A stretch of 50,541 nt of DNA. Source: Flavobacterium sp. GTDB lineage: Bacteria; Bacteroidota; Bacteroidia; Flavobacteriales; Flavobacteriaceae. Of the stretch, positions 26,124 to 35,985 are shown one piece after another; within the stretch, counting starts at the first letter, position 1; each line of letters starts with the position of its first letter. The translations under genes were made by a program, and so were the position numbers. The stretch lies in the NCBI GenBank assembly GCA_017997335.1, contig JAGOFG010000001.1, positions 1-50,541 on the forward strand, written 5' to 3'. The notes below the pieces were generated by a model, which was not told the DNA's origin, made no database searches, and worked only from the letters and a program-made list of their open reading frames with translations.

Positions 26124-29100
26124 TTAATATTCTTCTTCAGGAATAAGTCCTTCCTGATTTTTTTTAGGTTTTTCAGGGACTGGTTTTTTTGATTTATTAA
26201 AATTAATATAATCAGGAGTCATAGAAGAATCATTATCTACATCAATAGTAGAAGTTGGTATAACTAATTTTCGCTTTTTAAAAATTTGTTGAACAAACTC
26301 TTTAAAAGTATCATAATCTACATCATAAGATATACCGATACCTTGCGTATAACCTATTCCCTGACCGATATAGTTGATATCATTTTCTTTATTGAATAGT
26401 CTTAAATTAAAATTCCCTGCTTGATTTACACGGTACAAAATCTCAACATCACCAATAACAGCAGACTCGTTGACCCCACCAAAAGGCACACCTACTTTAC
26501 CATTAAAAGTAATTCTTTCATTAAGTTGAGAGGAAACTGTAGCCACAAAGCGCCCGTCTGTCTCTCTACCTGCTCTCCTATCAGCAGTAATAACATTCAT
26601 TCCAAACTTAAACTTATCATTGTCAGATTGAATAATATCACCTAAAAGCCCAGAAGCTGTTTCAAATAAACTAGTAGAAAAATCAGATTGACTAATTCCT
26701 TCCGCGCTTAAAAAACTTCCTGAGGACAATAAATACAGTGCCTGGGTTTGTCTTGTGTCCTTGTCATTCAATTTATATTGAATTTCAGATTCTAAAACCG
26801 AACTTACCGTTGGGAAAACAATGTTAAAATCGGGTTCTGGACGAGCCAAATCACCTCTAATTCCAACAACCACTTCTACAGGCACCTTAGTATTAAAAGA
26901 AGAATTTTCCAGTAAAACAGATGGATTGGCTGATGTTTTATAAACAGCTTCAAGATTTAATTGCGCTTTCATTGGATTGCCTTCCCAGATAATTGACCCT
27001 CCTTTTTTCACAACAAATTTTTTATCTATTAAACCTCCATACTTAAAGTTATAAGTTCCTTCATATGCTTGAAAATCTCCCCACATATTGAATTTACCCA
27101 AGGTGTTGATTTTTAACAATAAAGAACCGTATCCTTTTCCTTTCATTCCGTGACCTGTATTCCTATCCAAAATCACTTCTACTTCAGCATTAGGGTTGAT
27201 ATCAAAATCAAATTCGAGTTCAAGACCGTTATAGTCTCTTTCTCTCTCTAACAAACCATTTTTACTATTACTTTTTTCCTTTGCAGTAATAAAATGTATA
27301 AAACCATTTTCACTAACACTTTCTGCGTTGTTTATTGGAATTTTTACAGAAGTTCCCTTTTCTGATTTAGCATCAACTTTTATAAAAAGCCCTGCTACTG
27401 GACCTTTTATAGTGGCTGAACCATCAATAAAAGCAGTACCAAAATAGGCAGCATCTTCAGAATCTTTCGTATCCAAAGCAAGAAAACGTTTTGAAGTTAT
27501 ATTTAAATCTAACTTCCAATCCGAAAATTGATTGTGTTCGACAACACCATTTAAAATCCCTTTTGTATTGTATTTTGTATCAAAAATTGCATTATTCCTA
27601 AATAAAAACTTTTCATTCGATAAATCAACGATTGTTCTGTCACTCAATTCATAATCCACATTAAGATAAGGTATATTCATTCCTGCACCTTCTAAATACA
27701 ATCGACCATTTATGTCAGGTTTTGCAAGTGTTCCTTGTATTTTGGTGTTACCCGAAACAAGTCCTCTAATATTTGTGAGTACCTCGCCTCCAACTGGACT
27801 TAAAAAAGCAAGATTAAATTTATCTAACTTCACATCTAAATCCAATAAAGTTTCATTATTAACAACCTCAAAGTTTCCATTTGCACTAAAAGATTCAAAA
27901 TTATCATTCTCTAAATTAGAATGAATAGTGAACTTTTTAAAACTTTGATCACCTTCAATTCCAAGAACTAGATTTCCGAAAAAAGTATCATTTATTTTTA
28001 ATCGATCAACATAAATAGATGCTGTAGGTTTGTAAACCTGTCCTTCTTGTTCAAAATTAACCTCCCCACTTATATTTCCATTAAACTTAAATTGGTCGTT
28101 TGAAGGCGTTATTTTTTTCAAATCAACACCTTTAAAATTAAGGTGCAAATCTTTATAACTGTTCCCTTTGATTAAACCACTTAAATCAATTTGTTGGTTT
28201 TCATGAGTCAGTACCACATCGTTGATTGCAATATTCTTGAATGCTCTATCAAAAATTATTTGATTACTCTTGGTATCTACTTCATTCAAATTCCAAATGT
28301 AATCTTTGAACTTTATTTCAGATTTACTAAAACCAACAACATTATTTTTATTCTTATCTATAGTATGATACAAATTAAGATTATACAAATCCTCACCTTT
28401 ATCTCCTCCTTTAAATTCGGTTCTTACTTTTAAAGAATCCTTCATTGTTACATTTATAAGGCTAAAGTCTCTAATCTTATAAAAACTTGTTTTAATACTA
28501 TCTAGTTCTACATATGTATTATATAATGGATTCTTATTATCTATAGACAATCGAATATTATCCATCGTGGTTCCGGTGGCAGTAATTCTTTCAGAATTAA
28601 ATTTCATTTTAAATTCTCGATCATCAGCATCAATTTCACCTTTTATTTTAGCATCTGAAGAGAGGGTCACATCTTTAAAAAGGGCTTCAACTATTTTATT
28701 GTATATAATAAAATCAAATTTGAGATATTGCCCTTTGGTTACTACCAATGGTTTATAATTACCATAAAGGCTTCCTAATGAATTTTGAACTAAAGCTTGT
28801 AATTGGTCAAACTTAAATTTTCCTACTACTTTGCCTTGACCCACATCAGTAGAGTTGATTGTAACTGTACGAACATTTTTTTCATCAAATGTAGACGTCA
28901 CATTTACATCATCGAAAGAATATGTTTTTTTGGAATTATTATATACTGCATTTTTCACAAAAACATCACCAACAACGTTATCAATTGAATTCCCTGAAGC
29001 ATTAACAACAATATCTCCTTTTAGATTTGAAATGGGTTCTTTATCAAAATACAATTCATGCAAATGTGCTTTATCTATTGCTACATGAAAATCATATTTA

Positions 29101-30614
29101 TTTTGTTTTCCACTTAAATCAATAAAACCATCAAAATCTAAAGCTAAATTTGGGTCTTTAATTTTTGCTTTTCCTTTATAACTAGGCATTTTAAAATACC
29201 CATCAAGCTCAATATTATTATAGGTATAGTTATTATAATTAATTTTGAAAACCTCTCCTTTGACTGAAGTATTTAAACTCTTTTGATCAAATCCAACACC
29301 GTCTACTGCCAATTTTAAATTGGTTTGTCCTAGATCTTTTGTATCAAATAAAACACCTAAATTAAAATTTTGCAAATCAATAGTACCCTTGTATTTGGCT
29401 TTGTTTACTTGATTCATATTAAGAATAACCAAATCGGAGGTTACATTTCCGATATCCGTTTTCATACTAAAGTCAGCTTGAATATTTTTTGTTGTCAACT
29501 CTGTACTCCCTACCAAATCAACTTTTCCAATTTTCTTTAGAATTTCTGGCAAACTTTCTCCTAAAACATTTGGCAAAATAGCTACTAAATGATCATATGT
29601 TGTAGTTAACGAGCGGAATTTTCCGTTCATATAGAATTCCTGTGATTTTGAAGGAAATAAATTTTTAAAATTAATACTACCAATAATCTTAGATCCTTTT
29701 CTATCAAAAAGTACTAGATCCGTTAATTTTAAATTATTTAGCGTTCCTTCAATCCTTGAACGTGCATTAAAAAACAAATTTTTACCTAATTCATCATAAA
29801 AACATCGAATATCATTTGAAGCAATTACAGAAGACTTTAATTTAATGTCAAATTTCACTTTATTGTTAAAATCAGCAAAATCCTCTATTTTATAATTTAA
29901 CTGAACATCCCCTTTTAGTTTAGATTCGGAAGTTGCTAACTCCAAATTTTTCAAACGTATGCGTTTTTTATTATAACTAAACTTTGCCGTCAATTTTTTC
30001 AAAAAAACACCTCTATGATCTTTAAAAGAAAGCTGATTGATATTTGTTTCAACTTCTGGCCCTAGAATTTGAAAGTTACTAATTTGGGCATTAAGTCTTG
30101 TAAAATCAACATCCTTTGGGTCTCTTCTATTTTCATCAATTAACAAAAAATGTCCATTAGAAATAAAAGCTTCTCTAACAGTCATTAAAAAAGGTTTTGT
30201 TGAAGGTTTACCAGTTTCAAAAGCTTCTATAAAAACATCTAAATTCGTTAATTTTTCCTTTTTATAGGTTTTGAGATGGAACAATAAACCATCTAAATGA
30301 ATACTATTAAAAATTAAATCTCCATCAATTACATTTTTTATACCAATCAAGTTTGTTTTAATACGATTAGCATAAATTAAAGTATCCTTATGATGATCTT
30401 TAATCAGAACTTTTTTTAGTTTAACACCTCCAAAAACGGAAATTGCAACTTCATCAATTTCAATTGAAGTTCCATAAGAAGTATTTATTTTTGTCATCAA
30501 CTCTTTTGCAATTCGAGTTTGAACTGCAGGTAAAGAAAGTGCTATTCCTGCTACTAATAAAAGTAGAAGAAAAAGTAACAATAATCGTAATAGTATTTTT
30601 TTTATTTTTTTAAT
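26124..30614 (-). CDS. tamB: Translocation and assembly module TamB (AsmA-like, DUF490)
   Basis: About 1490 aa, N-terminal TM anchor followed by PAVQT, beta-taco-like repeats, C-terminal DUF490-like GTYNF...GGSIIWEGNP. Start is uncertain: TTG at 30581 or in-frame ATT at 30614. Confidence 0.85.
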   Translation of the reverse strand: MKKIKKILLRLLLLFLLLLLVAGIALSLPAVQTRIAKELMTKINTSYGTSIEIDEVAISVFGGVKLKKVLIKDHHKDTLIYANRIKTNLIGIKNVIDGDLIFNSIHLDGLLFHLKTYKKEKLTNLDVFIEAFETGKPSTKPFLMTVREAFISNGHFLLIDENRRDPKDVDFTRLNAQISNFQILGPEVETNINQLSFKDHRGVFLKKLTAKFSYNKKRIRLKNLELATSESKLKGDVQLNYKIEDFADFNNKVKFDIKLKSSVIASNDIRCFYDELGKNLFFNARSRIEGTLNNLKLTDLVLFDRKGSKIIGSINFKNLFPSKSQEFYMNGKFRSLTTTYDHLVAILPNVLGESLPEILKKIGKVDLVGSTELTTKNIQADFSMKTDIGNVTSDLVILNMNQVNKAKYKGTIDLQNFNLGVLFDTKDLGQTNLKLAVDGVGFDQKSLNTSVKGEVFKINYNNYTYNNIELDGYFKMPSYKGKAKIKDPNLALDFDGFIDLSGKQNKYDFHVAIDKAHLHELYFDKEPISNLKGDIVVNASGNSIDNVVGDVFVKNAVYNNSKKTYSFDDVNVTSTFDEKNVRTVTINSTDVGQGKVVGKFKFDQLQALVQNSLGSLYGNYKPLVVTKGQYLKFDFIIYNKIVEALFKDVTLSSDAKIKGEIDADDREFKMKFNSERITATGTTMDNIRLSIDNKNPLYNTYVELDSIKTSFYKIRDFSLINVTMKDSLKVRTEFKGGDKGEDLYNLNLYHTIDKNKNNVVGFSKSEIKFKDYIWNLNEVDTKSNQIIFDRAFKNIAINDVVLTHENQQIDLSGLIKGNSYKDLHLNFKGVDLKKITPSNDQFKFNGNISGEVNFEQEGQVYKPTASIYVDRLKINDTFFGNLVLGIEGDQSFKKFTIHSNLENDNFESFSANGNFEVVNNETLLDLDVKLDKFNLAFLSPVGGEVLTNIRGLVSGNTKIQGTLAKPDINGRLYLEGAGMNIPYLNVDYELSDRTIVDLSNEKFLFRNNAIFDTKYNTKGILNGVVEHNQFSDWKLDLNITSKRFLALDTKDSEDAAYFGTAFIDGSATIKGPVAGLFIKVDAKSEKGTSVKIPINNAESVSENGFIHFITAKEKSNSKNGLLERERDYNGLELEFDFDINPNAEVEVILDRNTGHGMKGKGYGSLLLKINTLGKFNMWGDFQAYEGTYNFKYGGLIDKKFVVKKGGSIIWEGNPMKAQLNLEAVYKTSANPSVLLENSSFNTKVPVEVVVGIRGDLARPEPDFNIVFPTVSSVLESEIQYKLNDKDTRQTQALYLLSSGSFLSAEGISQSDFSTSLFETASGLLGDIIQSDNDKFKFGMNVITADRRAGRETDGRFVATVSSQLNERITFNGKVGVPFGGVNESAVIGDVEILYRVNQAGNFNLRLFNKENDINYIGQGIGYTQGIGISYDVDYDTFKEFVQQIFKKRKLVIPTSTIDVDNDSSMTPDYINFNKSKKPVPEKPKKNQEGLIPEEEY

Positions 30615-30732
30615 AGTAGAAAGAGTTAAGTATTAGTTGTAAATCAAAATGTAGTAGCATAGTGTCATCAAGCAAGTTACTCAATCAATCTATAAAACTA
30701 ATCCTATCAGGTGCTATTTGATAAAAAATAGC

Positions 30733-30740
30733 TAATTTTG
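30733..30740 (+). promoter_or_regulatory. -7 promoter box for the tsaD operon
   Basis: TAATTTTG upstream of tsaD. Confidence 0.5.
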
Positions 30741-30806
30741 ACCAAGCTGTAAAATTAAAGAATTTTACGACCATTAATCAAATAAATTTCAAATTTGTCC
30801 CTTTTT

Positions 30807-31829
30807 ATGCAAAATCAAGGTGTTTTTATTCTTGCCATTGAAAGCTCTTGTGATGATACAGCAGCTGCTGTTCTTTATAACGATAAAGTATTGTCAAATG
30901 TTGTAGCAAATCAGTTGATTCACAATCAATACGGTGGAGTTGTTCCAGAGTTGGCTTCTAGAGCACATCAGCAAAATATTGTTCCAGTTATTGATGCTGC
31001 ACTAAAAAAAGCAGGCATAACCAAAGAACAACTTTCAGCTATTGCCTTTACACAGGGACCAGGGTTAATGGGGTCACTACTAGTTGGCAGTTCCTTTGCA
31101 AAGTCTTTATCTACGGCACTCAATATTCCATTAGTTGCTGTAAACCATATGCATGCTCATATTTTGGCTCATTTTATAGATGAAGAAGGATATGAAAAAC
31201 CTGAATTTCCCTTTTTAGCTTTAACAATCAGCGGTGGTCATACACAGATTGTTCGTGTAAACGGTTTTTTTGATATGACCATCATAGGTGAAACTACAGA
31301 TGATGCAGTAGGTGAAGCATTTGACAAGAGTGCCAAAATCCTTGGATTACCCTACCCAGGTGGACCGTTAGTTGACAAATTAGCCCAAAGTGGTAATCCA
31401 AAAGCATTCGCATTTACAAAACCAAAAGTAGCTGGATTAGATTTTAGCTTCTCTGGGTTGAAAACTGCAATTTTATATTTCATACAAAAAAATCAAAAAG
31501 AAAACCCCTCTTTTATTGAAGACAATAAAAATGATATTTGTGCTTCTATACAAGATACCATTATTGAAATTTTAATGGATAAACTAAAACAAGCTGTAAA
31601 AGAAACTGGAATAAATCAGATTGCAATTGGAGGAGGCGTTTCTGCAAATTCAGGAATTAGAAGCACCTTAAAAGAAGCAGAAAAAAAGTATGGCTGGAAA
31701 ACTTTCATACCTAAATTTGAATATACAACAGATAATGCAGCCATGATCGGAATAGTTGGCTACCAAAAATATTTATCTCAACATTTTGAAACTGCCTCTG
31801 TCGTTTCAAAAGCAAGAATCCAATTTTAA
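30807..31829 (+). CDS. tsaD: tRNA N6-threonylcarbamoyltransferase
   Basis: LAIESSCDDT, GGVVPELASRAH, GPGL, HMHAH, SGGHT, GEAFDK, DNAAMI; ATG 30807 preferred over TTG 30795. Confidence 0.96.
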   Translation: MQNQGVFILAIESSCDDTAAAVLYNDKVLSNVVANQLIHNQYGGVVPELASRAHQQNIVPVIDAALKKAGITKEQLSAIAFTQGPGLMGSLLVGSSFAKSLSTALNIPLVAVNHMHAHILAHFIDEEGYEKPEFPFLALTISGGHTQIVRVNGFFDMTIIGETTDDAVGEAFDKSAKILGLPYPGGPLVDKLAQSGNPKAFAFTKPKVAGLDFSFSGLKTAILYFIQKNQKENPSFIEDNKNDICASIQDTIIEILMDKLKQAVKETGINQIAIGGGVSANSGIRSTLKEAEKKYGWKTFIPKFEYTTDNAAMIGIVGYQKYLSQHFETASVVSKARIQF

Positions 31830-31831
31830 AT

Positions 31832-32536
31832 ATGCAATTATTTTATAGTTCCCTTATAAACGAATCCAATACTTCTTTTGTTTTTGATAAAGAAGAAAGC
31901 AAACATATTATTAAAGTATTACGCAAAAAAGATGGCGATATACTTTTTGTAACTAATGGTTTAGGCGATTTATTTAAAACAGAAATTTCACTTGCTTCTG
32001 ATAGTAAATGCACAGTTGCAATACTATCGAAAGAAAAAAAAGAAGCAACACAGTATCCTTTACATTTAGCCGTTGCTCCTACAAAAATGAATGATCGCTA
32101 TGAATGGTTTTTGGAAAAAGCGACCGAAATTGGAATTCAAGAAATCACACCCATAATCTGTGATCGTTCCGAAAGAAAAGTCATAAATAAAGAGCGTTTT
32201 GAAAAAATAATTTTGACAGCAATGAAACAGTGTAATCAATTTTATTTACCAAAACTAAACGAAGCTATAACATTTAAAAATTTCATTAAACAACAACACG
32301 AAGGACAATTACTGATTGCGCATTGCGAAGAGACAGATAAAAAATCATTAAAATCTGTTTTGAATACAAATACAAAAACTACAATTCTGATTGGCCCAGA
32401 AGGTGATTTTTCAGAAAAAGAGATTGAATTGGCTTTAGCTAACAATTTCATTCCTGTCACTCTTGGAAATACTAGATTAAGAACAGAGACCGCAGCAGTT
32501 GTCGCCTGTCACAGTGTAGTGTTTTTTAATGAGTAA
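31832..32536 (+). CDS. rsmE: 16S rRNA m3U1498 methyltransferase
   Basis: H..KVLR, EKATEIGI, IGPEGDF, LG..RLRTETA. Confidence 0.95.
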   Translation: MQLFYSSLINESNTSFVFDKEESKHIIKVLRKKDGDILFVTNGLGDLFKTEISLASDSKCTVAILSKEKKEATQYPLHLAVAPTKMNDRYEWFLEKATEIGIQEITPIICDRSERKVINKERFEKIILTAMKQCNQFYLPKLNEAITFKNFIKQQHEGQLLIAHCEETDKKSLKSVLNTNTKTTILIGPEGDFSEKEIELALANNFIPVTLGNTRLRTETAAVVACHSVVFFNE

Positions 32537-32567
32537 AACCATTAATTTCTTTTAAATCAACTTCATA

Positions 32568-33209
32568 ATGATAAGAAGTCTTTTAATTTTCGCTTTTTTA
32601 ATTTCTTCTGTAAGTCATGCTCAAGAAATTGCTTTATTAAAATATAATGGAGGTGGCGATTGGTATGCTAACCCTACTTCCCTACCTAATTTAATTAAAT
32701 TCTGCAACTCAAATATAAATACAAGGATAAAACCAAAACCTGCAACGGTAGAACCAAGTAATCCTGATTTATTTTCATACCCTTTCATTCATATGACAGG
32801 ACACGGCAATGTGGTGTTTAGTGATAATGACAGAGACAATTTAAAAAAATATTTGGAAGCAGGCGGATTTCTTCATATTGATGATAATTATGGAATGGAC
32901 CAGTATATAAGAAAAGAAATAAAAAAGCTTTTCCCTAATAATGAGTTAACAGAGATTCCATCAAACCATACTATTTTTCAAAAACCTTATGTTTTCACTT
33001 CAGGATTACCCAAAATCCATGAGCACGATGGCAAAAGACCACAAGCATTTGGAATTTTCGTAGCTGATAGATTAGTACTACTCTATACTTTTGAATGTGA
33101 TTTGGGAGATGGCTGGGAAGATGCTGAAGTAAACAATGACCCAGTTGAAGTACGCCAAAAAGCTTTAAAAATGGGCGCTAACATTATTAATTATATTTTC
33201 AATAATTAA
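32568..33209 (+). CDS. Exported DUF4159-family protein
   Basis: Signal peptide SHA|Q; GGGDWY, YPFIHMTGHG, GGFLHIDD, DLGDGWE, MGANI. Confidence 0.78.
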   Translation: MIRSLLIFAFLISSVSHAQEIALLKYNGGGDWYANPTSLPNLIKFCNSNINTRIKPKPATVEPSNPDLFSYPFIHMTGHGNVVFSDNDRDNLKKYLEAGGFLHIDDNYGMDQYIRKEIKKLFPNNELTEIPSNHTIFQKPYVFTSGLPKIHEHDGKRPQAFGIFVADRLVLLYTFECDLGDGWEDAEVNNDPVEVRQKALKMGANIINYIFNN

Positions 33210-33213
33210 AATC

Positions 33214-33717
33214 ATGCAGTTAAATCATGAATCGGTTCCTTTCCGAAACCAAGAATTTCCCATAATTTTAGTGTGTGATACGATTCTTTTTCAACCCAAC
33301 ATTGGCTCACTTTTTAGAATCAGTGAAGCTTTTGGCGTTGAAAAAATTCTTTTTCTTGGCATAGGAAACCAAATGAATCCAAGAAAAATTAATAAAACTT
33401 CTAGAAGTACACACCTTCATGTGGCCTATGAATTATTCGAAACAAAAGAAGCGCTTTCGGATTACTTAACATCAAATGATTTTGAAATTATTGCTTTAGA
33501 AATAACATCTGAAAGCAAACCGTTAGCTGAAGTTGAAATTCCGAAAAATAAAAAAATTGCATTGTTAATTGGAAATGAAATTGATGGAATTTCAGAAACC
33601 TTTTTAAAAAAATCGCATCAAGTCATTCATATTGAAATGTTTGGAAAAAATAGTAGTATGAATGTCGTTCAGGCCACTGGAATTGCACTCTACGAGCTTA
33701 CAAAAAAAATGAGATAA
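33214..33717 (+). CDS. TrmH/SpoU family RNA methyltransferase
   Basis: PNIGSLFR, GNEIDGI and SMNV SPOUT motifs. Confidence 0.88.
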   Translation: MQLNHESVPFRNQEFPIILVCDTILFQPNIGSLFRISEAFGVEKILFLGIGNQMNPRKINKTSRSTHLHVAYELFETKEALSDYLTSNDFEIIALEITSESKPLAEVEIPKNKKIALLIGNEIDGISETFLKKSHQVIHIEMFGKNSSMNVVQATGIALYELTKKMR

Positions 33718-33855
33718 CATTCAAACAACTAAATAACAAACAATTATTTTAAAATATTTCATAAAAAAAATTGGTAGTTTAAAAAAAAATGTTATAAAAT
33801 TGTTAATGAATTAACCAAATTAACTTTTTTATAACAATTTAACAAAACCCAAATT

Positions 33856-34812
33856 ATGAAAAAAATTTTATTGAGTGCAGGGCTTATTCTAATGCTTTTT
33901 TCTTGTCAAAATGAAGAAACATTAAATTCAAATTCATCAGAACAAGCCGTTGCAAGAAGAGGTTGCGCAACAAATGAAGTATTTCAAGCACAATTAGCAG
34001 CCGACCCAACCTTAGCAATTCGTATGAACCAAATCGAAGAGTTTACACAAAAAGCTAAACTAACAGGTAAATTAGTAAACGGAAAAGTAGTAATTCCTGT
34101 TGTTGTGAATGTATTGTACCGTACTGCAGCAGAAAACATCTCTGATGCCTTGATTCAATCTCAAATTGATGTTTTAAACAAAGACTTCACTGCAACAAAC
34201 GCTGATTTTTCAAGTACTCCTGCTCTATTTGCTGGTGTTGCTGCCAATGTTGGAATTACTTTTGAATTAGTTAAAATCAACCGTAAATCCACCACAAAAA
34301 CATCTTGGGGAACTAGAGATGCTATGAAAAAAACAAATCAAGGTGGTATTGCTCCAACTTCTCCATCAAACACTCTAAACTTATGGGCTTGTACTATTGG
34401 CGGAGGTATTTTAGGATACGCACAATTCCCTGGTGGCGCAGCTGCTACAGACGGTGTTGTAATCGATTCTAAATATTTTGGAGTTACAAGCAACTCAGGT
34501 ACAAGTTATCCTTACAACTTAGGAAGAACAGCTAGCCACGAAGTAGGACACTGGATGAATCTAAGACATATTTGGGGTGATGCAACTTGCGGAAGTGATT
34601 TAGTTGCTGATACACCTACTCATAATGCTGCAAACTACGGAGTACCAGCTTACCCACACTTGAGCACTTGCACAGGAACACCTGTAGAAATGACAATGAA
34701 CTATATGGATTATACAGATGACAGAGGAATGTACATGTTTACTAATGGGCAAAAAGCTAGAATGGCTGCGCTATTTGTAAGCGGCGGAGCTAGAGCTGGA
34801 TTCGGAATCTAA
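33856..34812 (+). CDS. M43 (pappalysin/ulilysin-like) zinc metalloprotease, lipoprotein
   Basis: Lipobox LFSC, pro-domain RGC, ILGYAQFP, HEVGHWMNLRH, Met-turn NYMDY, FTNGQ..RM. Confidence 0.92.
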   Translation: MKKILLSAGLILMLFSCQNEETLNSNSSEQAVARRGCATNEVFQAQLAADPTLAIRMNQIEEFTQKAKLTGKLVNGKVVIPVVVNVLYRTAAENISDALIQSQIDVLNKDFTATNADFSSTPALFAGVAANVGITFELVKINRKSTTKTSWGTRDAMKKTNQGGIAPTSPSNTLNLWACTIGGGILGYAQFPGGAAATDGVVIDSKYFGVTSNSGTSYPYNLGRTASHEVGHWMNLRHIWGDATCGSDLVADTPTHNAANYGVPAYPHLSTCTGTPVEMTMNYMDYTDDRGMYMFTNGQKARMAALFVSGGARAGFGI

Positions 34813-34835
34813 TCTTAAATAAAATGATTGCAATT

Positions 34836-34865
34836 AAAACTCGCTAGACATAGCGAGTTTTTTTT
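34836..34865 (+). terminator. Intrinsic terminator
   Basis: AAAACTCGCTA-gaca-TAGCGAG-T8. Confidence 0.88.
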
Positions 34866-34891
34866 ATATATTTATGAACTAAATCAACCAT

Positions 34892-35983
34892 ATGATAACT
34901 TCAAAATTAATTGCCAACGGAATAATTAGAGCAATAATAATTATTGTAGCCTCAGCAATAGGCATTTACTTTTTATATCAAATACAATCCGTTTTAATTT
35001 ACCTTGTGGTTTCGTTAATTTTAACTTTGATTGGCAATCCTTTTTTGGATTTCTTCAAAAAAAGATTAAAATTTTCACATAACCTAGCGACAATCACAAC
35101 ACTAGTAATATTTGTGGCCATAATCTTTGGAATTATAATTTTATTCGTACCTCTAATTACCTCACAAAGTCAGAATCTTTCCCTCTTAAATACTAGAGAA
35201 ATTGAACAAAATGCCATTGAACTCATTAACCAAATCAATGCATTCCTAGAAAGTCATCACATTAATGCAAAAAAAATACTCAATTTCAATAGCATTACTT
35301 CAAAAATAAATTTTGGTATCATTCCTAATTTTTTAAATTCTATTTTAGGCACCATCAGTAGTTTTGGAATGGGATTAGCCTCAGTTTTATTCATCACCTT
35401 TTTTTTCCTAAAAGACCGTGTCCTTTTTATTGTGGGCGCCAAAAAGTTAATTCCTGATAGTCATGAAGAACAAATATTGAATTCATTAGAAAAAATCAAC
35501 CATTTGCTCTCTCGCTATTTTATTGGCTTATTACTCCAACTCTTTATTGTGTTTCTTCTGTATTTAATCGTTTTACTAATTTTCGGTATTCCAAATGCCA
35601 TTATCATTGCTTTTTTGTGTGCTGTATTAAATATCATTCCCTACATTGGACCACTAATCGCATCAGTTTTAGCTGCAATTCTTTCTATGATTAGTCATCT
35701 TGGCAGCGATTTTCAAACCGAAATACTCCCAACAACTATATATGTTTTGATTGGATTTTGGATTGTACAACTTATCGACAACAACCTATCCCAACCCATT
35801 ATTTTTTCCAAAAGTGTAAGTTCACATCCCTTAGAAATCTTTTTAGTCATCCTTATTGCAGGCTTTTTATTTGGAATATTAGGAATGGTAATAGCTGTAC
35901 CTTTGTACACTATTTTGAAAGTAATAGGAAAAGAATTTTTTCCAGATAATAAAATTATTCAATTGTTAACCAAAGACATTTAA
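34892..35983 (+). CDS. AI-2E (PerM/TqsA) family transporter
   Basis: Multi-pass membrane protein; FFFLKD, NIIPYIGP, QLIDNN..QP, HPLEI, G..GM.IAVP. Confidence 0.92.
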   Translation: MITSKLIANGIIRAIIIIVASAIGIYFLYQIQSVLIYLVVSLILTLIGNPFLDFFKKRLKFSHNLATITTLVIFVAIIFGIIILFVPLITSQSQNLSLLNTREIEQNAIELINQINAFLESHHINAKKILNFNSITSKINFGIIPNFLNSILGTISSFGMGLASVLFITFFFLKDRVLFIVGAKKLIPDSHEEQILNSLEKINHLLSRYFIGLLLQLFIVFLLYLIVLLIFGIPNAIIIAFLCAVLNIIPYIGPLIASVLAAILSMISHLGSDFQTEILPTTIYVLIGFWIVQLIDNNLSQPIIFSKSVSSHPLEIFLVILIAGFLFGILGMVIAVPLYTILKVIGKEFFPDNKIIQLLTKDI

Positions 35984-35985
35984 AC

